Assembly (NCBI GenBank): GCA_023228325.1
Contig: JALOBK010000001.1
Coordinates: 995,570 to 1,059,569, forward strand
Direction of reading: 5' to 3'
DNA length: 64,000 bases
Origin: a bacterium
Lineage (GTDB): Bacteria > Auribacterota > UBA6266
The notes under the pieces were generated by a model. That model ran no database searches. It was given only the letters and a program-made list of their open reading frames with translations, and had not been told where the DNA came from. Below are positions 53,764-62,992 of the stretch, in pieces. Every line of letters begins with the position of its first letter. Position 1 is the first letter of the stretch. Both the position numbers and the translations under genes were made by a program.

Positions 53764-54696
53764 TTGTGTAAAGATATGAGAAATTTTATTATCAGAAGAC
53801 TTATTCTGGCTGTTTTGACTTTGACGGTTATTGTTACGCTTGTCTTTGCTCTCACGCGTTTTATTCCCGGAGATCCCGTATATAGTTTTGTAGGAAGAAG
53901 GGCGGACAGGGACACATTGAACCAGGTCAGGAGCTCTTATGGGTTGGACAACCCTGTCTCAACTCAGTTTTTCTGTTATATAGGGCAGTTGTTAAAAGGT
54001 AATCTTGGTTATTCTTATGTAACGGGCCAGCCGGTCGGGAAACTAATCATAAGCCGTTTTCCGAATACACTGAAACTAGCCCTGACAGCGATGCTATTCG
54101 CAACGGTGACGGGATTGCTGCTGGGCCTGCTTTCGGCATCATATCCCGGAGGCGCTGTGGACAGGTTTTGCGTGCTGCTCTCGATTTCGGGAATATCGGT
54201 GCCCGTTTTCTGGTTCGGTCTTATATTAATTATTATCTTTTCCAATCTGCTGGGGTGGCTTCCTTCTTCCGGAATGGGTAATTTTACGTATATCATTCTG
54301 CCTGCCCTTACTCTGGGCACCCGGTCGGCGGCTTATATTGCGAGGATAACAAGAACAAGCGTCATGGAAGTTTTGGGAGAAAATTTTGTGATAACGGCCA
54401 GAGCAAAAGGGCTGAGCAGAAACAGGATTTTATTTAAACATATCCTGAAAAACGCGTTAATACCGGTAGTTACCTTGATAGGGGTTGACCTGGGGAGCTA
54501 TCTGAACGGGTCGGTCCTGACAGAGACGATTTTCGGATGGAATGGCGTAGGCAATCTTGCCTTGTCCGGTATTATGAACAGGGATTATCCGCTGATAATG
54601 GGCACGGTGCTGTTCGGCTCATTCATTTTTATATGCGCAAATATTATAGTCGATATCTCTTATTCGTTTTTTAACCCGAAGATAACCTATGAATAA
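53764..54696 (+). CDS. ABC transporter permease (DppB/OppB-like)
   Basis: Six TM helices; EAA-like loop (ARAKGLSRNRILFKH). Confidence 0.85.
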   Translation: MCKDMRNFIIRRLILAVLTLTVIVTLVFALTRFIPGDPVYSFVGRRADRDTLNQVRSSYGLDNPVSTQFFCYIGQLLKGNLGYSYVTGQPVGKLIISRFPNTLKLALTAMLFATVTGLLLGLLSASYPGGAVDRFCVLLSISGISVPVFWFGLILIIIFSNLLGWLPSSGMGNFTYIILPALTLGTRSAAYIARITRTSVMEVLGENFVITARAKGLSRNRILFKHILKNALIPVVTLIGVDLGSYLNGSVLTETIFGWNGVGNLALSGIMNRDYPLIMGTVLFGSFIFICANIIVDISYSFFNPKITYE

Positions 54697-55525
54697 AAGA
54701 ACAAAATATTTTCTAAGGAATAATAAATTGCCGGTTTTTCTCGCGGCAGTCCTTTTTCTGATTGTTTTAGCGGCTGTGTTTGCTCCTTGGATTGTTCCTC
54801 ACGACCCTTATGAAATAAACCTGGAAAAAGCGAAAGAACATCCTCAAAAAGCGTATCCGTTTGGTACGGACGCGCAGGGGAGATGTATTTTAAGCCGTAT
54901 GATTTACGGCGCGAGAATATCTCTTTTCGTGGGTTTTGCCGCGACTGTCTCCGCGCTGGTTATCGGTATTTTATTCGGGACGGTGGCGGCTTATTTCGGC
55001 GGAGCCGCGGATAACATCATAACATTTTTAATCGATGTTACGCTTTCCCTGCCGGGCCTGCTTGTCGCAATCGCGATAACGGTCGTTTTTGAACCGGGAA
55101 TATCAACTGTGCTGATAGCGCTGTGCATTGTCGGCTGGGCGGGTTTTGCCAGGATAATACGTTCCAGCGTGATTTCCATAAAGGGCCGGGATTATGTTAC
55201 TTCCGCGCTCGTGCTCGGCTTATCGCGAAAATTGATTATGTTAAAATACATTCTTCCCAATATTGTCCCGATAATTTTTATAACAGCCAGCCTCAGGATA
55301 GGGGTTTTTATTCTATCCGAGGCTTCACTTTCTTTCCTGGGTTTGGGTATAAGCCCGCCTGAGCCTACCTGGGGGGGAATGATTGCCTCAAGCGTAAATT
55401 ATGTGGAGACCGCGCCCTGGATGGCATTTTTTCCGGGTGTTGCCCTGGCCGTCACAATATTCTGTTTTAACCTGATCGGGGACAGCATGAAAGATTATTT
55501 TAATGTTTTAGAGAACCGTATCTGA
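54689..55525 (+). CDS. ABC transporter permease (DppC/OppC-like)
   Basis: TM pattern and position. Confidence 0.85.
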   Translation: MNKRTKYFLRNNKLPVFLAAVLFLIVLAAVFAPWIVPHDPYEINLEKAKEHPQKAYPFGTDAQGRCILSRMIYGARISLFVGFAATVSALVIGILFGTVAAYFGGAADNIITFLIDVTLSLPGLLVAIAITVVFEPGISTVLIALCIVGWAGFARIIRSSVISIKGRDYVTSALVLGLSRKLIMLKYILPNIVPIIFITASLRIGVFILSEASLSFLGLGISPPEPTWGGMIASSVNYVETAPWMAFFPGVALAVTIFCFNLIGDSMKDYFNVLENRI

Positions 55526-55550
55526 AAAACTTTAAGGATGGCATTGAATA

Positions 55551-56315
55551 ATGCGGATTTACTCATGGAATGTGAATGGCCTGAGAGCGGTTGCCGGTAA
55601 AGGGTTTAAAAAATGGTTTTTATCCGAAAAACCGGATATTTTATGCCTGCAGGAAACAAAAGCGGATATAAGCCAGCTGCCGGGAGATATAACCGGTATA
55701 GAAGGATATGAATTTTACGCGGCTTCATCCGAAAAAAAAGGATACAGCGGCGTGGCCGTATATACAAAGATCCGGCCGTTATCCGTCAAAACCGGCATAG
55801 GAATGGGCGAATTTGATGCCGAGGGAAGAATCCTGGTTTTGAATTTTCCTGAATTCACCTTGTTGAATATATATTTTCCCAACGGCCAGATGAGAGCCGA
55901 GAGGCTTAAATATAAACTTGATTTTTGCGATGCGGTCCTGGATTATTGTCTGAAACTGAAAAAATCCGGCCGTAAAATCATAATCTGCGGAGATTTTAAT
56001 ACGGCTCACAGGGAAATAGATTTAAAGAACCCCGGAGCGAATGAAAATTATTCAGGTTTTCTGCCCGTGGAAAGGGCATGGATAGACAGGCTTACCGAAT
56101 GTGGATTTGTTGACGCGTTCAGGATGCTCTATCCTGATACAGTTAAATATTCATGGTGGAGTTACAGATACAGCGCCAGAAAGAAAAACATAGGCTGGCG
56201 CATAGATTATTATTTTGTTTCGGAAAATATATCCGGACAGGTTGAGGATTCAATGATTTTCAGTGATGTAACGGGTTCCGACCATTGTCCTATCGGCATA
56301 AAAATAAATGTATAG
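55551..56315 (+). CDS. xth: Exodeoxyribonuclease III (AP endonuclease)
   Basis: Starts MRIYSWNVNGLRA; LQETK; C-terminal GSDHCP. Confidence 0.92.
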   Translation: MRIYSWNVNGLRAVAGKGFKKWFLSEKPDILCLQETKADISQLPGDITGIEGYEFYAASSEKKGYSGVAVYTKIRPLSVKTGIGMGEFDAEGRILVLNFPEFTLLNIYFPNGQMRAERLKYKLDFCDAVLDYCLKLKKSGRKIIICGDFNTAHREIDLKNPGANENYSGFLPVERAWIDRLTECGFVDAFRMLYPDTVKYSWWSYRYSARKKNIGWRIDYYFVSENISGQVEDSMIFSDVTGSDHCPIGIKINV

Positions 56316-56357
56316 AATATGAAAAAACATATAGAATTTACGATGCAAAACCGGATT

Positions 56358-56373
56358 CGGGGCTTTAACCCCG
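56358..56373 (+). terminator. Weak candidate terminator hairpin (CGGGGctttaaCCCCG) after xth
   Basis: 5-bp GC stem; poor U-tract. Confidence 0.25.
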
Positions 56374-56402
56374 CGGCATTTTCAGGCAAAGGAGATTTTT
56401 AA

Positions 56403-56666
56403 ATGAGAATTTTGTTTTGTTTTTGTTTATTTTTGCTTTTCCCGTCATTTTCGCCGTGTGATGAAGAACCGCAACCGGGGGTGTGCACCGGGGACAACTG
56501 TGAACTTCGGCAGGAAACAGGTTCCAATCCTATCCTGAACGAGGAGCCTTTGCTCAGGACTCCCGAAGAAGAAAGGACAAACGAGACAATTAAACCGACG
56601 GAACTGAAAAAGATAAACCAGACAAACAAAACGCCCGGAAACGATCCGTATGACAGCTGGGAATAA
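56403..56666 (+). CDS. Small secreted Cys-containing hypothetical protein (87 aa)
   Basis: Signal peptide MRILFCFCLFLLFPSFSPC. Confidence 0.4.
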   Translation: MRILFCFCLFLLFPSFSPCDEEPQPGVCTGDNCELRQETGSNPILNEEPLLRTPEEERTNETIKPTELKKINQTNKTPGNDPYDSWE

Positions 56667-56728
56667 TGGTTGCGGGTGTTAAATTTAGGGTTGACAATTA
56701 CTGAAAGAGCATTATGATATTACAGAAA

Positions 56729-56742
56729 TGTTAACGTTAACA
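56729..56742. promoter_or_regulatory. Perfect 14-bp palindrome TGTTAACGTTAACA (16 bp with flanks), a LacI-family-type operator, just downstream of a TTGACA-16-TATGAT promoter
   Basis: Read from the sequence. Fits the LacI-family pattern TGnnAnCGnTnnCA with a central CG. Lies 33 nt upstream of the 56775 start. Confidence 0.6.
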
Positions 56743-56774
56743 TAGCATTCATTTGAATCACCGGAGAAGGGGAT

Positions 56775-59700
56775 ATGAAGAAATCTTCCAATTATGAAGT
56801 AAACGGCGCGGAATTTGTTATCAATGATTATAACAACACAAAACCGTTTTCGAGTTTCTTTCCGAGCATAGCGGGTGTTTGGGGTCGCCCGATGTGGGTT
56901 TTCTATGTGAACCGCGGCCAGGCGATAGCATGTATGGGGACAACCGACAAAAATGGAGCCATAACCGAATTTGTTGCCGCGAATAAGGCTTACAGGCTGA
57001 CCCCTTCTCATGGTTTCAGGACATTTATCAAATCCGGAGGCAGTGTCCATGAGCCTTTCAGGCAAAAGTCAGGGAAAAGGAAGCCTGTCCAGAGAATGCA
57101 TATAACTTCCGATAAATTGAAGTTATTTGAAGCGGACAGCGCGTCCGGTTTCGAAACAACCGTGGAATATTTTGCGATTCCAAACGAAGAAATACCTGCT
57201 TTCGCAAGGATCCTTAAGATAAAAAACATATCATCCGGCGCGAGGAATATACAATGTATTGACGGCATGCCCGTTGTTGAACCGTATGGCACGGGCGATT
57301 ACCTTTTGAAAAATATGAGCAGGCTTGCCGAAGGATGGTTCAGCGGAGTTGAGTTTTCGAAGAAATACGGTGTGCCGGCGTATAAACTCATGGTTGTCCC
57401 CGAAGATAATCCCGAAATAGAGGAAATCCGCGCCGCGAATTTTTACGGCGGTTTTGTGCTCGGCGCTTCCGGAAAAATCAGCGTTCCTCCGTTTATAACG
57501 GATCCGGAAGATGTTTTTGGCGAGTTTAAGGATTTTATCGAGCCGGAAAAGTTCATAAGCTCCGATGCCTTTAAGTTTTCTCACAGGGCCGAGGCGAGAA
57601 ACAAGACCCCTTCCGGCTTTGGGTATTTCACATGCGCATTAAAGCCCGGCGCCGAAGTTCTGTATTATTCGGTTATAGGGAAAGTTAATGAACTGAAAGA
57701 TATAGACACATTTTTCAGCGGGATTTCCGGCAGAAAATATTTTGATAAAAAGCAAAAAGAAAGCGCGGATCTGATTGCATCAATAACCGATAAGATATTG
57801 ACGAAATCTTCTTCCCCTGAATTTGATAATTACTGCCGCCAGACATTCCTGGACAATTTACTGAGGGGAGGATTCCCGATTACCCTGGGCGCCGGCCCGG
57901 AAAAAACGAATTATTATATTTATTCGAGAATACACGGCGATATGGAGAGAGAATATAATAATTTTGTAATTATGCCCGAATATTTTTCTCAGGGGACGGG
58001 AAACTACAGGGATGTGAACCAGAACAGGCGTAATGATGTCTTCTTTAACCCGCGCATAAAGGATGATGTCCTTTCCTGTTTTGTCAATTTACTGCAGTCC
58101 GACGGCTTTAACCCCCTCAAGATAGAAGGTTCCAAATTCCGTATTTATAACCGGAAGGATTTTCTGGCGTTATTTAACAAAAGTGACAGGGCCGCAGTGG
58201 CGGAATTTATTTCAGAGCCGTTTAGCCTCGGCGGTTTTTTTAATATGCTTGAGCGTAATAAGATCCGGTCCGGGCCGGGGAAAAAGGAAAAAATACTGGA
58301 TAAAATTATTTCCTGCGGCAGAAAAATTGACTGCGCTTCGCCCGCCGTTGGTTACTGGTCTGATCACTGGCATTATAATATCGACCTTATAGAGGCTTTT
58401 CTGGCGGTGTACCCCGAAAAGAAGGAAGAACTGCTTTTCGGAAAAAAAGATTTTGTTTATTACGATAATTACCTGGTCGTGCGCCCGCGCGCGGAGAAAT
58501 ATGTTCTTTTCAATTCAAAACCGAGGCAGCTTAATGCCGTGGCCGAGAACAAGCAGAAAAAAGATATGATAGAAAGAAGAAAGGAAAACAAGACTGAAAT
58601 GCGGAAGCGATTTGGCCGCGGCGGCGTATATAAAACTATCCTCATTGAGAAGCTGTTATGCCTTGCGGCGAACAAATTCGCTTCCCTGGATTCCGCCGGC
58701 ATAGGCATTGAGATGGAATCGGATAAACCGAACTGGTGTGATGCCCTCAACGGCCTGCCCGGGCTTTTCGGCTCATCCATCGCCGAAACGATAGAACTTA
58801 AAAGATTAATCGTGTTCATATTGGACGCATTTGAGAAAGCGCCGGATAAAGACATCCTTTTATCCGGGGAAGTGGACGTTTTTCTTTCCGCTCTTGAAAA
58901 GTCCGCGTCAAAACACAGCGCGAACTCTTTCAGGTTCTGGGATGAAAGACATAACGCCCTGGAGAATTACAGGAAAGCCACATTGACGGGGTTTTCCGGG
59001 AAGCGGCGCAGGAAGCCGGTAAGGGAACTTGAAAAAACGCTGGAAAATTTTCTTGCGGTAGTGGATAAAGGCATAAATAAAGCCATAGATCCAAAAACAG
59101 GGGTAATAAAAACAAACTTCGAAAGCATAGTTGAAAAATATGAAATTTTAAAAGAGAAAGGCAAGCCGAAAAAGAATTCCGGCGGGCTGACCTGTATCAG
59201 GCCGTTGAAATTCAGGCACAGGGCGCTGCCTGATTTTCTTGAAGGTCCGGTCCATTACCTGAGAGTGTGCAATGACGCGGGAAAAGCGGAAAGATTTCAC
59301 AGCGCGGTTGTAAAAAGCGGCATTTATGACAAGAAGCTTGATATGTTAAAGGTCAATGCGCCCCTTGCCGGAGAGGGAATAGACATAGGGAGAATAAATA
59401 TTTTCACAAGAGGGTGGCTTGAAAATGAGTCAATATGGCTTCATATGGAATATAAATACCTGCTGGAACTTTTGCGCTCGGGGTTGACAGGAGAGTTCTA
59501 CAGGATATCGAAAAAAGCCCTGGTCCCTTTTATGGACGCAGGGGTTTACGGCAGAAGCATATTCGAGAACTCCTCTTTCATAGCAAGCAGCGCGCATCCC
59601 GACAGGAGAATACACGGACAGGGGTTTGTTTCCAGGCTTTCCGGTTCAACCGCGGAGTTCTTATCAATCTGGATTTTCATAACTTCGGGTATTAAGCCGT

Positions 59701-60050
59701 TCGGCGTGTCGGGGGGTAAGCTCAGCCTTAAGTTTGAACCTGCAATATCTTCGGATATGTTTACAAAGGGAGCAAGCAAGGTGGAAATATGCCTGCCGGA
59801 CGGTTCAACCGAGTGGATTGATATCCCCGCAAACTGCTTTGCATTCAAGTTTCTCGGGAATACTCTTGTCGTATACCATAATCCCGGGAGAAAAAATACA
59901 TTCGGCGCGAAAAAGGCCGGAGTAAAATCGTACCTTCTCGAATATTATGACGGCAGAAAAAAAGAGCTGTTATCCGGAGAAGTGAAAGGGCCCTTCGCGT
60001 CTGACATAAGAAGCGGCAAAGTCAAAAAAATAGACGCGACTCTTGTGTAA
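56775..60050 (+). CDS. Large uncharacterised protein (1091 aa), possibly a GH94-related (alpha/alpha)6-barrel glycoside phosphorylase or hydrolase
   Basis: Cytoplasmic (no signal peptide). Segment DKPNWCDALNGLPG resembles the catalytic G(G)DWND(A/G)LN motif of GH94/GH65-clan phosphorylases. Shares an operator with the GH35 gene. Confidence 0.5.
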   Translation: MKKSSNYEVNGAEFVINDYNNTKPFSSFFPSIAGVWGRPMWVFYVNRGQAIACMGTTDKNGAITEFVAANKAYRLTPSHGFRTFIKSGGSVHEPFRQKSGKRKPVQRMHITSDKLKLFEADSASGFETTVEYFAIPNEEIPAFARILKIKNISSGARNIQCIDGMPVVEPYGTGDYLLKNMSRLAEGWFSGVEFSKKYGVPAYKLMVVPEDNPEIEEIRAANFYGGFVLGASGKISVPPFITDPEDVFGEFKDFIEPEKFISSDAFKFSHRAEARNKTPSGFGYFTCALKPGAEVLYYSVIGKVNELKDIDTFFSGISGRKYFDKKQKESADLIASITDKILTKSSSPEFDNYCRQTFLDNLLRGGFPITLGAGPEKTNYYIYSRIHGDMEREYNNFVIMPEYFSQGTGNYRDVNQNRRNDVFFNPRIKDDVLSCFVNLLQSDGFNPLKIEGSKFRIYNRKDFLALFNKSDRAAVAEFISEPFSLGGFFNMLERNKIRSGPGKKEKILDKIISCGRKIDCASPAVGYWSDHWHYNIDLIEAFLAVYPEKKEELLFGKKDFVYYDNYLVVRPRAEKYVLFNSKPRQLNAVAENKQKKDMIERRKENKTEMRKRFGRGGVYKTILIEKLLCLAANKFASLDSAGIGIEMESDKPNWCDALNGLPGLFGSSIAETIELKRLIVFILDAFEKAPDKDILLSGEVDVFLSALEKSASKHSANSFRFWDERHNALENYRKATLTGFSGKRRRKPVRELEKTLENFLAVVDKGINKAIDPKTGVIKTNFESIVEKYEILKEKGKPKKNSGGLTCIRPLKFRHRALPDFLEGPVHYLRVCNDAGKAERFHSAVVKSGIYDKKLDMLKVNAPLAGEGIDIGRINIFTRGWLENESIWLHMEYKYLLELLRSGLTGEFYRISKKALVPFMDAGVYGRSIFENSSFIASSAHPDRRIHGQGFVSRLSGSTAEFLSIWIFITSGIKPFGVSGGKLSLKFEPAISSDMFTKGASKVEICLPDGSTEWIDIPANCFAFKFLGNTLVVYHNPGRKNTFGAKKAGVKSYLLEYYDGRKKELLSGEVKGPFASDIRSGKVKKIDATLV

Positions 60051-60108
60051 AATTCTTGCATGTAAACATCCTTGGCGGTATTGACAAAGAGCTTTGGATA
60101 TGGGAAAA

Positions 60109-60122
60109 TGTTAACGTTAACA
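60109..60122. promoter_or_regulatory. Second copy of the 14-bp palindrome TGTTAACGTTAACA, overlapping a TTGACA-16-GAAAAT promoter 18 nt upstream of the GH35 gene
   Basis: Identical 14-mer to 56729..56742. Both promoters also share TTGACA...AAGAGC. Confidence 0.6.
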
Positions 60123-60139
60123 ATTTATAGGAAAAAAAG

Positions 60140-62905
60140 ATGAAAAATACAGTAAAATACGATAAACACAGTCTTATCATTAACGGGGAGAGGAAGATAC
60201 TCATAGGAGGAGAAGTCCATTATTTCCGTATGCCGAGAGGATTATGGGAAGACAGGATAAAAAAGGTGAAACAGGCGGGATGTAATCTTATAGCCACCTA
60301 TATACCCTGGAATTTTCATGAGGAGAAAGAGGGTGTTTTAAACTGGGAAGGGGACCGTGACCTGCCGTATTTTCTTAAACTCTGCGAAAAGTATGGACTT
60401 TATGTGATATTAAAACCCGGGCCTTATATTTGCGCAGAATGGGATTTCGGCGGTTTTCCCCATTGGCTTTTAGCGAAAAATATCCGTTTGAGGGTTGCGG
60501 ACAGGGAATACCTTGCGCTGGTAAAAAAATGGTATGAAGAGGTCGCAGAAGTCGCCAAGCCGCATCTTTTTACCCGGGGCGGCAATGTGGTGCTGGTACA
60601 GATAGAGAATGAATACGACCATTTGCTGGAAGAGATGCCGGAAATAACCGGGTCAAAGGAAACAGCGAGGAAATATCTTCTCAAACTGCTTGATATCGTA
60701 AGGGGAACAGGCATAGACGTTCCCGCTTTCACCAACGAGGGAAGCTGTATTCTGGGCACGGAAATCATAAATACGCACACATATTACCCGAATATCCCGT
60801 GGATATGGATGTGGGAGTTCAATGATTTCGACAGGAAAATGGATGAAAGCCTGAGGCTGCAGCCGGATAAACCGGTTATGATGATGGAACTTGAAGCCGG
60901 CTGGTTTGCCCAGTTCGGTAAACCTTTATATGAAGTTGAATACGAAGCGGTTGAGGCTATTACCAAAACCCTGCTGGCTTACGGTAATTCCGTCATAAAT
61001 TATTATATGTTTGCCGGCGGGACGACTTTTCCTTTTTGGATAAGCAAGGGGGATTACGGCGGAATAGGGACCTGTACCACATTTGATTTCGGCGCTTCTC
61101 CCATACGCGAATGGGGGGAACTTCACAGGAAATATCATTTGATCAGGAATTGGGCGTATTTCCTTGAATCATTTCCCGATGTCATAACAACAGGGAGTAT
61201 CGACAGGGATGGGGCCCGCTTTATTTCAGGCTCCGGGAATATTGCCGTTTTACACGAAAAATCATCCGAACAAAGGGAAGATTTTAAGTTTTCATATGAA
61301 AATGTAAGGACTATTTTAAGGAGAGGAACAGACCGTTCGGTGTTATTGATCAGGAATCTGGAAGACGTTCCCAGGGGATTTGCGGTTGAGTTTTATTCCG
61401 GGCAGCTCAGGAAAAAAGTTAAAGTGCCCGCCGCCGGGGCCGGCCTGAATATGAATCCCAAAAGCTCGCTTCTCCTGCCTGTGGATTTTAAAATCAATAA
61501 CGACCTGTGTATTATATATTCTACATCCGAGATTTTATCAAAAAGAACAGTCGGGAATACCGAGTATGTATTTATGAGAGGGAAAAAAGGGATCGAAGGG
61601 GAAATGCTGGTAAAGGCCGCCGGCGGTATAACCGGTATAAGCGGCGGGATTTCCCCGGAACACGATGCCGGACTGGATACAATACGATATTCGCACAGCA
61701 AGGTTAATGTGTTTAAAGCCGGCGGTGTCACTTTTATAATCATTCCGGAAGATATGGCCGATAAATTCTGGGTTTCCGATGAAATGGTTATAATAACGGA
61801 TAATTATTATCTTGAAGATATCGTCAGGAAGGACGATTCGGTTGAAATCTCGTTTCAGGTAAATAATCCAGGCGAGCATTACGCTTACCTTTGGTGTGAT
61901 TTTGACGTGCGCAATCTTCTGGTTGACGGCAGGGAAGTCACCTTGAAAAAAGATCCGGTGTTGGGGGCGTATGTTTTCCGCTGTGAGTATAATGATATCC
62001 TGACACCGGAAATAAAGTGGATAAGCAACTGGAAATACTGTCCTGACAGCGCTGAAGCGGGAGAAGATTTTGATGACTCCGGCTGGGACAATATCGATTC
62101 AAAAACCGCCCTTGAAAAAGGGGGTTATCTGGAGCACGGCTATTACTGGTACAGAAACAATTTTACGGTGGATGGCGACCCGTCCGGGGTAAAACTTTCC
62201 GTTAAGACAAATGAAATGGACAGGTTTCTGGTGTATATCAACGGGTCATTCAGATGGGTAGGGATAGGGTCACCCGCGCTTGATATAAGCAAGTATGCGA
62301 AAAAAGGGAAAAACACCCTGGCAATACTTTATGCGAATGAATTCCATACAAAAGCCCATCCTCACGAAGGCCCGATACAGAAAGTCAGCGGCCTTTATTT
62401 CCCTGTTAAGGTTTACGGGAAGGCGGGCGGCAGGGACTTTGAACATGAATTCAAGGACTGGAAACTTAAGTTCGGGCTCGGCGGAAACGATAAAAAATAT
62501 TTTTCTGCAGAAGCAGATGACAGCGCATGGATAGAAGCGCCGCCTTCGGAAAAATATGTTGTCCAGGAAGACGCCGGCAATTTAGTCTGGTTCAGAAGGC
62601 GTTTCTCCCTTAAAATCGATAAAGAACATACAGCCCCTGTATTCGTGGATGTGAAATACCTGAGCAGCAGATGTCTTATATATGTAAACGGGTTTCTGCT
62701 CGGCAAATACGAATCTGTCGGGCCACAGAATAAATTCTTTATTCCCGACAGCCTGCTTGAAGCGGAAAATGAAGTGGTTATCCTTCTCGAAGGCCCGGGT
62801 TTCCACCCTGTTAAACAATCGGGCTTCCTCCCGGCGGAATTCGAAGATTTAAAGCTCGGCTTCTATTATACTTCGAAGAAGTCAAAAACCATATTGAGCA
62901 AATAA
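60140..62905 (+). CDS. Glycoside hydrolase family 35 beta-galactosidase (cytoplasmic)
   Basis: GH35 N-terminal TIM barrel: GGEVHYFRMPRGLWEDRIKKVKQAGCNLIATYIPWNFHEEKEG...YVILKPGPYICAEWDFGGFPHWLL...QIENEY. Confidence 0.88.
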   Translation: MKNTVKYDKHSLIINGERKILIGGEVHYFRMPRGLWEDRIKKVKQAGCNLIATYIPWNFHEEKEGVLNWEGDRDLPYFLKLCEKYGLYVILKPGPYICAEWDFGGFPHWLLAKNIRLRVADREYLALVKKWYEEVAEVAKPHLFTRGGNVVLVQIENEYDHLLEEMPEITGSKETARKYLLKLLDIVRGTGIDVPAFTNEGSCILGTEIINTHTYYPNIPWIWMWEFNDFDRKMDESLRLQPDKPVMMMELEAGWFAQFGKPLYEVEYEAVEAITKTLLAYGNSVINYYMFAGGTTFPFWISKGDYGGIGTCTTFDFGASPIREWGELHRKYHLIRNWAYFLESFPDVITTGSIDRDGARFISGSGNIAVLHEKSSEQREDFKFSYENVRTILRRGTDRSVLLIRNLEDVPRGFAVEFYSGQLRKKVKVPAAGAGLNMNPKSSLLLPVDFKINNDLCIIYSTSEILSKRTVGNTEYVFMRGKKGIEGEMLVKAAGGITGISGGISPEHDAGLDTIRYSHSKVNVFKAGGVTFIIIPEDMADKFWVSDEMVIITDNYYLEDIVRKDDSVEISFQVNNPGEHYAYLWCDFDVRNLLVDGREVTLKKDPVLGAYVFRCEYNDILTPEIKWISNWKYCPDSAEAGEDFDDSGWDNIDSKTALEKGGYLEHGYYWYRNNFTVDGDPSGVKLSVKTNEMDRFLVYINGSFRWVGIGSPALDISKYAKKGKNTLAILYANEFHTKAHPHEGPIQKVSGLYFPVKVYGKAGGRDFEHEFKDWKLKFGLGGNDKKYFSAEADDSAWIEAPPSEKYVVQEDAGNLVWFRRRFSLKIDKEHTAPVFVDVKYLSSRCLIYVNGFLLGKYESVGPQNKFFIPDSLLEAENEVVILLEGPGFHPVKQSGFLPAEFEDLKLGFYYTSKKSKTILSK

Positions 62906-62992
62906 GGGGGCTCATTTACCGAAAACCGCAAAGCTTTCCGGAAAAACGCGATTTTTATTTATATATATTATTTATTCTAATATAATTTTTTT

